Source of the DNA: Synechococcus elongatus PCC 6301 | GTDB taxonomy: Bacteria > Cyanobacteriota > Cyanobacteriia > Synechococcales > Synechococcaceae | Reading direction: 5' to 3' | Assembly: GCF_000010065.1 (NCBI RefSeq) | Contig: NC_006576.1 | Span: forward strand, 330,001-362,000 | DNA length: 32,000 nucleotides | In this document: positions 18,487 through 27,605 of the stretch, piece after piece | How the letters are laid out: each line of letters starts with the position of its first letter | How positions within the stretch are numbered: the first letter of the stretch is position 1 | Notes under the pieces: model-generated | What the model saw: only the letters and a program-made list of their open reading frames with translations | The model's database searches: none | Told to the model about the DNA's origin: nothing | Translations under genes and position numbers: made by a program

Positions 18487-20001
18487 TTAGACCAAACCCA
18501 AGTCAGCGGCGACCCGGTGGCCACAGGCGTAACCTGAGAAAGCCACTGCGTTTAGTCCCTGACCGGGGAAAGTGCTGTCGCCGACGCAGTACAAACCAGG
18601 AATTGCGGTGCGATTGAAGGGCATCCCCAGCAAGCCTGCCAATTTACGACGCGGAATTGGCCCATAGGTGCCGTTTTGCCGACCCAAAAAGCGGCGATGG
18701 GTGCGGGGCGTACCGACTTCTTGATAGTCGATCGCGCTGCTTAATCCCGGGAAGATCGCCTCCAATCGCTGAATCAGTTTTGCGGCCGCTGCTGCCTTGC
18801 GATCGCGGTATTCACTGGGGCTGAGGTTATCCCATTCACCCAACCAGCTGGGCGTGAAGGTGTGAATAATGTGGCGATCGGGCGGAGCTAAAGAGGGATC
18901 GAGCAGGGTCGGAATCGAGACAAAGATTGTGCCTTGTTCCACTTCCAATTCATCCCAATTTTCCAGCAGGATGTGGTGGCATTCTGTGCCAGCTGGCAGC
19001 AAATCGGCTTTGACTCCGAGATGAAGACTGAGGAAACTGGGCGACTGGCGATAGCGTTGTTGCCAGCGCTGTTCCTGAGCGGGTTCTTGTTGTGGCGGTA
19101 GCAGTTCGCCAAAGGTATTCCAGCGGGTGGCGTTGGAGATAATTCGCTTCGCGTAGAGTTTTTCACCATCCGCCAATTCCACGCCGATCGCTCGACCCTT
19201 TTCGGTAAGAATGCGGGTGACTCGGGCTTTATAGCGGATGCTGCTGCCCTTAGCTTCCAGACCGGCCACCAGCTTTTCAGCAATGCGGCCAACACCGCCC
19301 TTGGGATAGTTAATTCCGCCGTAGTGGCGATCGCTAAAGACCATACCAGCATTGATCATCGGTGTCATCGTGGCAGGCACCACCGACCAGCAGTAGCACT
19401 CCATGTCGATGAACTTCAGCAGATCGGGATTGCGAATGTAGCGCCGTGCAATATCACCAACATTCTGGGGCAGATATTTGACCAGGCCCAAGCAGGCCAA
19501 AGGGTGTTGCAGGAAGACATTGAACAGATACTTCGGTTCCTCGAGCGACAGTAGTGGCATCGCATTAAGGCAGTTGAACACCTGCCAACACTCGTCGTAA
19601 AAACGACGAATTCCCTCCGCTTCCTGGGGGAACTGGGCGATCAGTTCTTGTAGGAAAGCTTCGTAGTCCCGATGCACCTTGAGATCGAGCTGGTTCGGCA
19701 AGTGGTAATGAATCTGCACCGGATCGGGGATAGTTTCCAGCGCTTGCCCAACATCGGCCAAGGGGGGAGTCAGCAAATTAGTCGTGCCGGGATCGCCAAA
19801 GCCAAAGATTATCGATGCGCCGAAATCGAAGCGATAGCCTTCCCGCTCGAACCAGCCCGCACTTCCGCCCGGAATCAGATAGCGCTCGAGCACCAAAACC
19901 TTTGCGCCTTTGGCTGCGAGCTGGGTTGCCGTCACGAGTCCGCCAATGCCCGAGCCAATCACGATGGCGTCGTAGGCGGGTGCAGCGATCGCAGCAGTCA
20001 T
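18487..20001 (-). CDS. crtH: carotenoid (prolycopene) isomerase, CrtISO/CrtH type
   Basis: [69 protein letters not shown]... and [30 protein letters not shown]. Confidence 0.9.
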   Translation of the reverse strand: MTAAIAAPAYDAIVIGSGIGGLVTATQLAAKGAKVLVLERYLIPGGSAGWFEREGYRFDFGASIIFGFGDPGTTNLLTPPLADVGQALETIPDPVQIHYHLPNQLDLKVHRDYEAFLQELIAQFPQEAEGIRRFYDECWQVFNCLNAMPLLSLEEPKYLFNVFLQHPLACLGLVKYLPQNVGDIARRYIRNPDLLKFIDMECYCWSVVPATMTPMINAGMVFSDRHYGGINYPKGGVGRIAEKLVAGLEAKGSSIRYKARVTRILTEKGRAIGVELADGEKLYAKRIISNATRWNTFGELLPPQQEPAQEQRWQQRYRQSPSFLSLHLGVKADLLPAGTECHHILLENWDELEVEQGTIFVSIPTLLDPSLAPPDRHIIHTFTPSWLGEWDNLSPSEYRDRKAAAAAKLIQRLEAIFPGLSSAIDYQEVGTPRTHRRFLGRQNGTYGPIPRRKLAGLLGMPFNRTAIPGLYCVGDSTFPGQGLNAVAFSGYACGHRVAADLGLV

Positions 20002-20458
20002 AGCAGGTGTCAAACAGGTTCGATTTCTGAGTGTAGCCCGCTCAGCCTCGGCCCCAACGCAGAAAAAAAGGGCGACCCACCGCCGCCCCAAATGCCGATC
20101 CTGCTTGGCTGTGTGCCCAAGAGGAGAAGAGAACACGTCGCCCACTACTGTAGGGCGAACTGCTATTTAATGCAATAGATTCTCAATAAATAAATTGATC
20201 AAGCGCTGACCAGGTTGCGATCACCTTCTGATAAGTTACCTAGAATCCTTGACGAATAACGCGATCGCTGCGTAGTTACTCGCTGGGATGGTCGAGCGAT
20301 CGCCAAGAGGGATTATCAATTATTGAAAAACTGTTGCGTTTGGCAAAAGCTACAGATTAGGTCTACCGTCCTAACCACCGTGGGACGAGAAGCCTTGGCT
20401 TCGGTTGGGGTTCAGTCCGTCACTAAAAATCAGAATCAGCATCCACCGCTTCGGCCGA

Positions 20459-20914
20459 TCAGCCCTCAAGGCAGCCACGCCCATCTGTCAGCAAGAGCCG
20501 CTCTTCCCGCGAGTCATACTCGAACAGTTCTACGTAGCACCCCCAGTCCACCGCAGTAGTGAACTGCTGTTTGGCCCCTAGTCGAGGAGACTGATTTTCC
20601 CACAAGTTCAGGAAGAAGCCGGTTTGCAGCGAGTAGCTGCGACGCTCGCGCAGGGTTTGCACGATGCTGCTGATCCCAGAACTGTGCTGCAGCACCTGTT
20701 GCCGAAATCGCTTCTTAATGGGCAGGATCGTTGTTGCAGCAAAGTCTTTGCCGATCGCCGTCAATTGCACTTGACCCTGCTCAAGCTCGGCAAACTGCAA
20801 CATCACGGCCGCATCAATGAGTGGCAATCAATCATCGACTTCCAGTTGCAAACGCTTCGCAAGTTTAGGAATTATGCGACAGGCTGAAGTTTGCGCGTCA
20901 GTTATGTTTGACCT
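20459..20914 (-). pseudogene. remnant of the C-terminal (AAA-associated) domain of a nitrate/sulfonate/bicarbonate-type ABC transporter ATPase
   Basis: Minus-strand reading ...RIIPKLAKRLQLEVDD*LPLIDAAVMLQFAELEQGQVQLTAIGKDFAATTILPIKKRFRQQVLQ...AVDWGCYVELFEYDSREERLLLTD; in-frame TGA at 20828-20830 and no Walker motifs upstream. Upstream limit uncertain. Confidence 0.6.
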
Positions 20915-21140
20915 TCAATCGCTGTCAGATCCTTGGAATACGTTGAGTTTTTATTGTGGGAGTTTCTCTGAAAGCACGACTTAATCCACATCCAATTCCC
21001 AGCTTCCTTGCATGACTCTGCAAGTCACTTGCTCTGAATGACGGTAGCAATGATTCTTGGAACTGATCAGGATCAATAAAGCCCTATTGGAATGGTTCTC
21101 CTGTCGCTATTGGCTAACACAACCACTCTCTCATGATGGC

Positions 21141-22439
21141 TTAACTCGAGGGTGATGTTGAGCCCAGAGAATCGCGAGATGTTGCGATCGCGGCCGGAGA
21201 AGAAAACTCGCTAATCCAGTGCAGGTCAGCCCCCAGGTCAATCACCCCTTCACAGAAGCGATCATTAACCACCTCAAACACCAGCGCCTCATCAATCCAG
21301 TCGTAAACCTCGCAATCTTCACTGGTGATTGCAATGCTGATAGTGTAAACCCCCGCATTAAGTTGGTTTCGCCAGCGAAAACTCAACTCCGGAGAACTAC
21401 CAGCAGCCAAAGCCTTCGGTCGTTTCTCGAGCTGTAGATTGTTGGTTCCATAGATCACAACCCCGTATAGATTGCGAATCGATAGACCAATCAGGGCATC
21501 AGGTAAATCCTGATGAATTTGCAATTGGAAAGTGAGGGTCAGGTCACCGCCTTGGAGCACCTTATCAGCCTGCAGACCTGAGCCGCTGAGCCAAGCTTTC
21601 GAAATCGTGGCGCGGCCATTGCCATGGCGATTGGGATGAGCGGCCTGCTCGACATAGCAGAGACCGGCCTGTTGGGTTTCCTGCGCCAGCGGTCGATAGT
21701 TGTCCCGATCCTCCAGCCCCAACAGTTGGTTGTAGTGATTCAGCACCCAATTGGGATTGCCTCGCTCTAGAATCCGGCCGCCCTCCAGCAGAACTGCTTC
21801 ATCACAAAGCATCCGCACAGCGTTGGCGTCGTGGGAGACAAACAGAATCGTGGTGCCCTTTTCCTTCAGTTCGCGAATTCGCTTCATACAGCGGGCTTGA
21901 AAGCGGGCATCACCAACCGCTAACGCTTCATCAACAATCAACAACTCCGGATCAAGGTGAGCCACTACCGAAAAAGCCAACCGCACCATCATGCTGCTGG
22001 AGTAGGTTTTGACCGGCTGATCTAGGAAGTCACCAATTTCGGCAAAGGCAACGATCTCAGCAAAGCGATCGCGAATTTCTTGGGGGGTCAGGCCGAGCAA
22101 CTGCCCATTGAAAAAGACATTCTGGCGGCCGGTAAATTCTGGATTGAACCCACTGCCCAGCCCCAACAGCGCTGCTACACGGCCACGCACCTTGACCCGG
22201 CCACTACTAGGGGTCAGGGTTCCTGCCACAATCTGCAGTAGGGTGCTTTTGCCCGCGCCATTGCGGCCAACAATGCCTATTGTGCGACCGGGCTCTACCT
22301 GCAAACTAATGTTTTCCAGTGCTTGGAAGGTCTGCACCCGGGAGGTACGAGGAAATAGCAATTCCCAAAGGCGATCACGGGGATGCCTGTAGCGCTGGAA
22401 GCATTTGCTCACAGCCTCCAATTCCAGCACAGGATCCAT
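21141..22439 (-). CDS. Wzt-like polysaccharide/O-antigen ABC transporter ATP-binding protein
   Basis: MDPVLELEAVSKCFQRYRHPRDRLWELLFP; TIGIVGRNGAGKSTLLQIVAGTL Walker A; AVGDARFQARCMKRI, C-terminal carbohydrate-recognition-like domain. Confidence 0.88.
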   Translation of the reverse strand: MDPVLELEAVSKCFQRYRHPRDRLWELLFPRTSRVQTFQALENISLQVEPGRTIGIVGRNGAGKSTLLQIVAGTLTPSSGRVKVRGRVAALLGLGSGFNPEFTGRQNVFFNGQLLGLTPQEIRDRFAEIVAFAEIGDFLDQPVKTYSSSMMVRLAFSVVAHLDPELLIVDEALAVGDARFQARCMKRIRELKEKGTTILFVSHDANAVRMLCDEAVLLEGGRILERGNPNWVLNHYNQLLGLEDRDNYRPLAQETQQAGLCYVEQAAHPNRHGNGRATISKAWLSGSGLQADKVLQGGDLTLTFQLQIHQDLPDALIGLSIRNLYGVVIYGTNNLQLEKRPKALAAGSSPELSFRWRNQLNAGVYTISIAITSEDCEVYDWIDEALVFEVVNDRFCEGVIDLGADLHWISEFSSPAAIATSRDSLGSTSPSS

Positions 22440-22686
22440 AGAGGTATTGCCTATCACTCGCCAACCAGCTGTGGGGTTGAGTTTACCGCAGCTCTCCTTG
22501 CTTCTCGACCCAGCCCCTGCTGCAGCGATCGCAGTGGGGACTGATGCCTTAGCCAGCAACATTGATTGACATCCGGGAGAGCCACCGTAAGGATGATGCG
22601 AGAACAGTCGTGAGCTTGACCCCAGCAGGATTCACCGAGCAGCAGGGTCAGCCCATCAGTCTGGCGTTGCGATCGCGATAGTTGGC

Positions 22687-23382
22687 ATGGCAGATTCTTC
22701 GGCAGTTCAGCAGCATCCTCTCTTTGCCAATCTCTCAGCCGAACAACTCGCTCGGCTGACCCAAGCCAGTCGCCCGCGACACTATCCAGCAGGCCAAGCG
22801 GTGCTTCTGGAACATGACTGGAGTGATGGTTACTACTTGATCACAGCAGGGATTGCCAAAGTCGCGATCGCGAGCTCCGGCGGCGATGAAGTCATTGTGG
22901 GACTACTAGGGGCAGGGGAGTTGTTTGGCGAACTGCGGGCGCTGGGTTTCGAGGCCCGAACCGCAGAAGTCACTGCGCTCACAGCGTTGCAAGTGATTCA
23001 TCTGCAATCTACGCCCTTGAGCCAAGCCTTGCAGGTTGAACCGCAGCTCGGTCTGCGTCTAGCCCAGGGGTTGGCACGACGACTTTTGGAGACCAATCGT
23101 CGCTTTGCCTATCGCAGTGAGGATGCCACTGCCCGTGTGGTTGAGGCCTTGGATTGTCTGGCCCAAAAAGCAGCACTCCCCCAGACGACCAGCGCTTGGC
23201 AACCCGTCCCCCTGATCAACGTCAGCATTGTTGGGAGTTTGGCCGGGATGGCACGGGAGACCGCCTCTCGGGAGTTGAGCACCCTAGAAAAGCGGGGTTT
23301 CCTCGTTCGCAAGTCCGATCCGTGGCAGCTGTCTGTGCAGCTCTTGAGGCGCTATGGCCTCCGCGCGGAGAGTGCTTCCTGA
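22687..23382 (+). CDS. Crp/Fnr-family transcriptional regulator
   Basis: 231 aa; HPLFANLSAEQLARLTQ...cNMP fold, then SIVGSLAGMARETASRELSTLEKRGFL HTH. Confidence 0.9.
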   Translation: MADSSAVQQHPLFANLSAEQLARLTQASRPRHYPAGQAVLLEHDWSDGYYLITAGIAKVAIASSGGDEVIVGLLGAGELFGELRALGFEARTAEVTALTALQVIHLQSTPLSQALQVEPQLGLRLAQGLARRLLETNRRFAYRSEDATARVVEALDCLAQKAALPQTTSAWQPVPLINVSIVGSLAGMARETASRELSTLEKRGFLVRKSDPWQLSVQLLRRYGLRAESAS

Positions 23383-23534
23383 TCGAGCCTTGCTGCTAAA
23401 GCGATCGCAGGCAGCCCATCAACGCTACTGTGATCGATCTCACAAGCGCCCCTGATCCAGCGCACAGCATTGGGACGATCGCCGCCGCAGGCTAGAAGCA
23501 ACCCGCACTCAGCAGGCTTGCTCTGCACTCGACC

Positions 23535-23690
23535 ATGGCTGCACCCACTCCCATCACTCGGACCGCAGTATTGGTGAACAGTGGTCTTTGTACCGCCGCT
23601 CTATTGTTGCTGTCACAGTTGATGACTCTGCCGCCATCGCCACTGCCGATCGCTCCAGGATTGCCCGTCGCCCAACGGCCCAGCAGCTAA
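23535..23690 (+). CDS. possible small hydrophobic protein
   Basis: MAAPTPITRTAVLVNSGLCTAALLLLSQLMTLPPSPLPIAPGLPVAQRPSS*; single hydrophobic segment, no family recognised, overlapping alternative frame 23588..23782. Confidence 0.25.
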   Translation: MAAPTPITRTAVLVNSGLCTAALLLLSQLMTLPPSPLPIAPGLPVAQRPSS

Positions 23691-23746
23691 TCCAGATAGC
23701 GATCACACCACAAGGACGGACTCGGTTTCGACGCGATCGCACCGAG

Positions 23747-24676
23747 CTAGAACAGTTGGCTCAACGTCTTAAAATCACATAATTCAGCGGTCATCGCTTC
23801 GCGGCAGAGCTGACGAAAATGGCGCACCGGCGGCAGACTGAGTTGCTCCTCAGGAATGACCAGCTTGATGCGACGAGTCAGGCGCGGTTCTGCAGTAGGG
23901 CGAATCACAAGGCGCGGATCATGTCGGGCATCGACCAAGGCGGCTTGCGGTAACAGCGCCAGCCAGTAGCCTTCTCGCACCACCCCCCGAAAGCTGTCAA
24001 GGGAGTTGAGTTCGAGACAACTATTCAGCTCTAACCCCAACTCTCGAAAGCGCTGCTCGACCAAGCGCTGCATCCCGTAGCCATCCTTAAAGACAACTTG
24101 GGGGACATGACTGAGTTGCTCCCACGCGATCGCCTTTTGGTCAGCAAGAGGATGATCAACGGAGAGCAGAACCTGCACTTCCTCTTCGAGCAGCAAATCC
24201 ACCACGAGACCGGCACTAGTGGTCAAAGTGGGCGAGTCCATCACGATCGCCAAATCAATCAAGCCATCCCGCAGCACTTTCAGCGCGCGATCGCTGCCAA
24301 GGGTACTTACGCGCAAATGAATGGAGGGCCACTGCTGCTGAAACCGGTTGAGGACAGCGGGCAGATAGCAGCCGCCGATCGAGTCTGCGATCGCCATGCA
24401 TAATTCGGTTTGACGCCCCGTCAGCAACTCTTCAATTTCAGTGCAAGCGGTTTGCCACTCTTGGCAAATGCGACGCAGCCGTGGCAGTAAACGCTCACCT
24501 GCTGCCGTCAGTTTCATCCGCCCCTGACGCCGAAACAGGGCAATCCCTAGCTCATCTTCCAATCCCTTGACTTGGCGACTGATCGTGGATTGATTACAGC
24601 CGACTTTTTGGGCTGCTTCTTGAAAACTTCCGGTTTCCGCCACCCGCAGCGCGGCTTGGAGCTGTTCTAGGCGCAT
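23747..24676 (-). CDS. ntcB: LysR-type nitrate-assimilation regulator NtcB
   Basis: MRLEQLQAALRVAETGSFQEAAQKVGCNQSTISRQVKGLEDELGIALFRRQGR LysR HTH; located downstream of nirB, divergent from nirA. Confidence 0.92.
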   Translation of the reverse strand: MRLEQLQAALRVAETGSFQEAAQKVGCNQSTISRQVKGLEDELGIALFRRQGRMKLTAAGERLLPRLRRICQEWQTACTEIEELLTGRQTELCMAIADSIGGCYLPAVLNRFQQQWPSIHLRVSTLGSDRALKVLRDGLIDLAIVMDSPTLTTSAGLVVDLLLEEEVQVLLSVDHPLADQKAIAWEQLSHVPQVVFKDGYGMQRLVEQRFRELGLELNSCLELNSLDSFRGVVREGYWLALLPQAALVDARHDPRLVIRPTAEPRLTRRIKLVIPEEQLSLPPVRHFRQLCREAMTAELCDFKTLSQLF

Positions 24677-25716
24677 GGCGACCCTTCCCACTCCTTAATC
24701 AGCGTTCGCACCGCCGTCAGCAGGGGTTCATCCGCAGGGGTATTCAGCAGCGATCGCAATTGCGACAACGCGCTACGGTCATCGAGCTGCTTGAGGCTAT
24801 AGAGGCAATCGGCCGGGCGCGGGCAGTTGGGCAACCACCGCAGCAGCAACAAGGTTGCCGCTCGTTTGTGGGGGTGCTGCCCCAGGGAACGGAGACAGGC
24901 TTGCCAATCGGCCGTTGTCCAAGCCGTTGTCGTCAGGCGGGACAAGCGAGTCAAGGCTTCTGTTGTGCGAGCATCGGCCAGGGCGGCCAGCGCTTCGGTG
25001 CGACCCCGACCCGATTGCATCGCGATCGCAACCAAGTAATCCCATGCTTCTGGCGTCGCGATCGCGGCAATTCCCCAAACTGCCACCTGCACAATGCTGG
25101 AGTCATGATCCTCCGCACCTGCCCGAAAGATCGCCAGCCGTTCACGCACCGTAAATAATTCCGAACTCCGCACCGCTTCCAAGGCCGCGCGGCGCACTTG
25201 AGGATCGGGATCCAAGCAGAGCTGTTGAAGATGCAGGCGACTGCTAGAGTCCCGCGCCGCCCCCAAGGCGGTAGCTGCCTGCGATCGCCATTGAGGATCA
25301 GGATCGCTACTCAAATCCCGGAGTTGCGTTAGCAGAGCCGGATCCTGACTGCTGGCTAAGGCCGGTAGTAGCCAAGTCCGTTCAGCTAAGTCGGCTAGGG
25401 CCGCTTGAATGATGTCAGTTGCATTCGACCCCTGGGCCAGCCAAGCTTTATAAATTTCTGTTTTGACCAAACCATCCCGACATAACTCGGTCAGGGCTTG
25501 CAAAACAGCGGGGATGCGATCGTGCTGCCAGAGACTGCAAAGGTGAGCCAATAACCACTGCGTCTGCCAGTCATCAGGTATCGCTTGGCAGCGCTGCAAC
25601 CCAGCTTCGAGGACGCGAACATCAACTGTTTTGGCCAGTTGCTGAACCTGTCGCCAACAATGTTCAAAATCACCGCTTGGCCAGCCGTCACTCTCTGCAA
25701 ACGCTGCATCAGTCAT
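24667..25716 (-). CDS. nirB: HEAT/PBS-lyase-like repeat protein NirB (cyanobacterial, nitrite reductase activity-associated)
   Basis: HEAT-like repeats (DPDPQVRRAALEAVRSSE, SDPDPQWRSQAATALGAA); divergent from nirA; 10-bp overlap with ntcB. Name rests on locus context. Confidence 0.85.
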   Translation of the reverse strand: MTDAAFAESDGWPSGDFEHCWRQVQQLAKTVDVRVLEAGLQRCQAIPDDWQTQWLLAHLCSLWQHDRIPAVLQALTELCRDGLVKTEIYKAWLAQGSNATDIIQAALADLAERTWLLPALASSQDPALLTQLRDLSSDPDPQWRSQAATALGAARDSSSRLHLQQLCLDPDPQVRRAALEAVRSSELFTVRERLAIFRAGAEDHDSSIVQVAVWGIAAIATPEAWDYLVAIAMQSGRGRTEALAALADARTTEALTRLSRLTTTAWTTADWQACLRSLGQHPHKRAATLLLLRWLPNCPRPADCLYSLKQLDDRSALSQLRSLLNTPADEPLLTAVRTLIKEWEGSPCA

Positions 25717-25783
25717 GTGCAATCAATACAGGTTAAAAACCATGCTAATGGCTCCACCTAAGCGGGCTTCAGAGTCAAGGCTT

Positions 25784-25797
25784 GTAGCAATTGCTAC
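25784..25797. promoter_or_regulatory. NtcA-binding site
   Basis: GTAGCAATTGCTAC, perfect palindromic match to GTAN8TAC. Confidence 0.85.
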
Positions 25798-25854
25798 TAA
25801 AAACTGCGATCGCTGCTGAAATGAGCTGGAATTCTGTCCCTCTCAGCTCAAAAA

Positions 25855-25868
25855 GTATCAATGATTAC
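25855..25868. promoter_or_regulatory. NtcA-binding site
   Basis: GTATCAATGATTAC, match to GTAN8TAC. Confidence 0.8.
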
Positions 25869-25894
25869 TTAATGTTTGTTCTGCGCAAACTTCT

Positions 25895-25907
25895 TGCAGA
25901 ACATGCA
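25895..25907. promoter_or_regulatory. candidate NtcB (LysR-type) binding element
   Basis: TGCAGAACATGCA = TGCAN5TGCA, immediately upstream of the nirA-proximal NtcA box. Confidence 0.6.
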
Positions 25908-25923
25908 TGATTTACAAAAAGTT

Positions 25924-25965
25924 GTAGTTTCTGTTACCAATTGCGAATCGAGAACTGCCTAATCT
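25924..25965 (+). promoter_or_regulatory. NtcA-activated nirA promoter
   Basis: GTAGTTTCTGTTAC (25924-25937), 22-nt spacer, TAATCT -10 element (25960-25965); canonical class II NtcA promoter geometry. Confidence 0.88.
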
Positions 25966-26002
25966 GCCGAGTATGCAAGCTGCTTTGTAGGCAGATGAAT
26001 CC

Positions 26003-27541
26003 ATGGCTCAAGCCACCGCTACTACTGAAAAACTCAATAAATTTGAGAAGCTAAAACTTGAAAAAGATGGTCTCGCTGTCCGCGACCAAATTCAGCATTT
26101 TGCCTCGATTGGCTGGGAAGCAATGGACCCCGGCGATCGCGAACATCGCTTGAAGTGGCTGGGTATTTTTTGGCGACCCGTTACGCCAGGCCGGTTTATG
26201 GCACGGCTCAGAATTCCCAGCGGCATTCTGCAGAGCCAACAGCTCAATGCTCTAGCTAATTTTCTACAACGCTACGGCGACCAGGCCAGCATTGACATCA
26301 CCACTCGCCAAAACTTACAGCTTCGGGGTCTTTTGTTAGAAGACACACCGGAATTTTTAGAACGATTGCATGCAGTGGGCTTAACCAGTGTGCAGTCGGG
26401 TATGGATAACGTTCGCAACATCACTGGCTCGCCGGTTGCTGGACTCGATGCTGCAGAGTTGTTTGATACGCGATCGCTCATTCAAGCGCTTCAAGATGAT
26501 CTGACAGCAGCTGGTCAAGGGAATTCTGAATTCACCAATTTGCCGCGCAAATTCAATATCGCCATTGAGGGTGGACGAGATAACTCGATCCACGCAGAAA
26601 TCAATGACTTAGCATTTACGCCGGCTTATCAAGATGGCACACTCGGGTTCAATGTTTGGGTGGGGGGCTTCTTCTCCTCGACCCGAGTGGCACCAGCCAT
26701 TCCTCTTAATGCTTGGGTGCCGGCGGACCACAGCGTGATTCGACTTAGCCGAGCCATTCTCGAAGTCTTTCGTGACAATGGCTCACGGGGCAATCGCCAA
26801 AAAACTCGCCTGATGTGGCTGATTGATGAGTGGGGGATCGAGCGCTTCCGCCAAGTCGTTAGCGAAGCCTACGGAGCGCCCTTAGCAGCGGCAGCTCCCG
26901 AGCTAATGGACTGGGAGAAACGCGACTTCCTCGGTGTCCATCCCCAAAAGCAAGCGGGTCTCAACTTTGTTGGCCTGCATGTGCCGGTCGGTCGCCTGAC
27001 AACCGAAGACCTCTACGAGCTCGCCCGTCTGGCCGACACTTACGGTCAAGGGGAAGTGCGACTGACCGTTGAGCAGAATGTCATCCTCACCCACATTCCC
27101 GATGCGCAGCTGCCCACTCTCCTCGCCGAGCCACTGCTGACACGGTTCTCGCCCCAGCCAGCCCCCCTGAGCCGTGGCACCGTTTCTTGCACGGGGTCTC
27201 AGTACTGCAACTTTGCGCTGATTGAAACAAAGCAACGAGCGATCGCGATCGCCCAATCCCTCGAAGCAGAACTCGACCTGCCGCGACCAGTTCGCATCCA
27301 CTGGACGGGCTGCCCCAACTCCTGCGGTCAACCGCAAGTCGCTGACATCGGCCTCATGGGAGCCAAGGTTCGCAAAGACGGCCAGATGGTTGAAGGCGTT
27401 GACATTTTCTTAGGCGGCAAGGTTGGCTACGACGCCCACCTCGGTGAAAAAGCGATGACCGGCGTCGCCTGCGAGGATTTGCCCGACGTGCTGCGCCAAC
27501 TGTTGATCGAGCGATTTGGGGCTCAAGCGCGATCGCACTAG
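26003..27541 (+). CDS. nirA: ferredoxin-nitrite reductase
   Basis: 512 aa; PRKFNIAIEGG, RLTVEQNVIL, CTGSQYCNFALIETK and HWTGCPNSCGQPQVADIG sirohaem/4Fe-4S motifs. Confidence 0.97.
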   Translation: MAQATATTEKLNKFEKLKLEKDGLAVRDQIQHFASIGWEAMDPGDREHRLKWLGIFWRPVTPGRFMARLRIPSGILQSQQLNALANFLQRYGDQASIDITTRQNLQLRGLLLEDTPEFLERLHAVGLTSVQSGMDNVRNITGSPVAGLDAAELFDTRSLIQALQDDLTAAGQGNSEFTNLPRKFNIAIEGGRDNSIHAEINDLAFTPAYQDGTLGFNVWVGGFFSSTRVAPAIPLNAWVPADHSVIRLSRAILEVFRDNGSRGNRQKTRLMWLIDEWGIERFRQVVSEAYGAPLAAAAPELMDWEKRDFLGVHPQKQAGLNFVGLHVPVGRLTTEDLYELARLADTYGQGEVRLTVEQNVILTHIPDAQLPTLLAEPLLTRFSPQPAPLSRGTVSCTGSQYCNFALIETKQRAIAIAQSLEAELDLPRPVRIHWTGCPNSCGQPQVADIGLMGAKVRKDGQMVEGVDIFLGGKVGYDAHLGEKAMTGVACEDLPDVLRQLLIERFGAQARSH

Positions 27542-27605
27542 AGCCCACTCTTCACCTAGACCGGAACCCGAACAATTTCCACCCTTTTCTCCACTTCCAA
27601 ACATC

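Noticed and set aside
20323-20559. 78 aa plus-strand ORF
   Set aside because: Antisense to the ABC ATPase C-terminal remnant; no recognisable motif.
23588-23782. 64 aa ORF (MYRRSIVAVTVDDSAAIATADRS...) overlapping the end of ntcB
   Set aside because: TTG start, no clear ribosome-binding context, overlaps both another small ORF and the antisense end of ntcB. Kept only as a low-confidence alternative.
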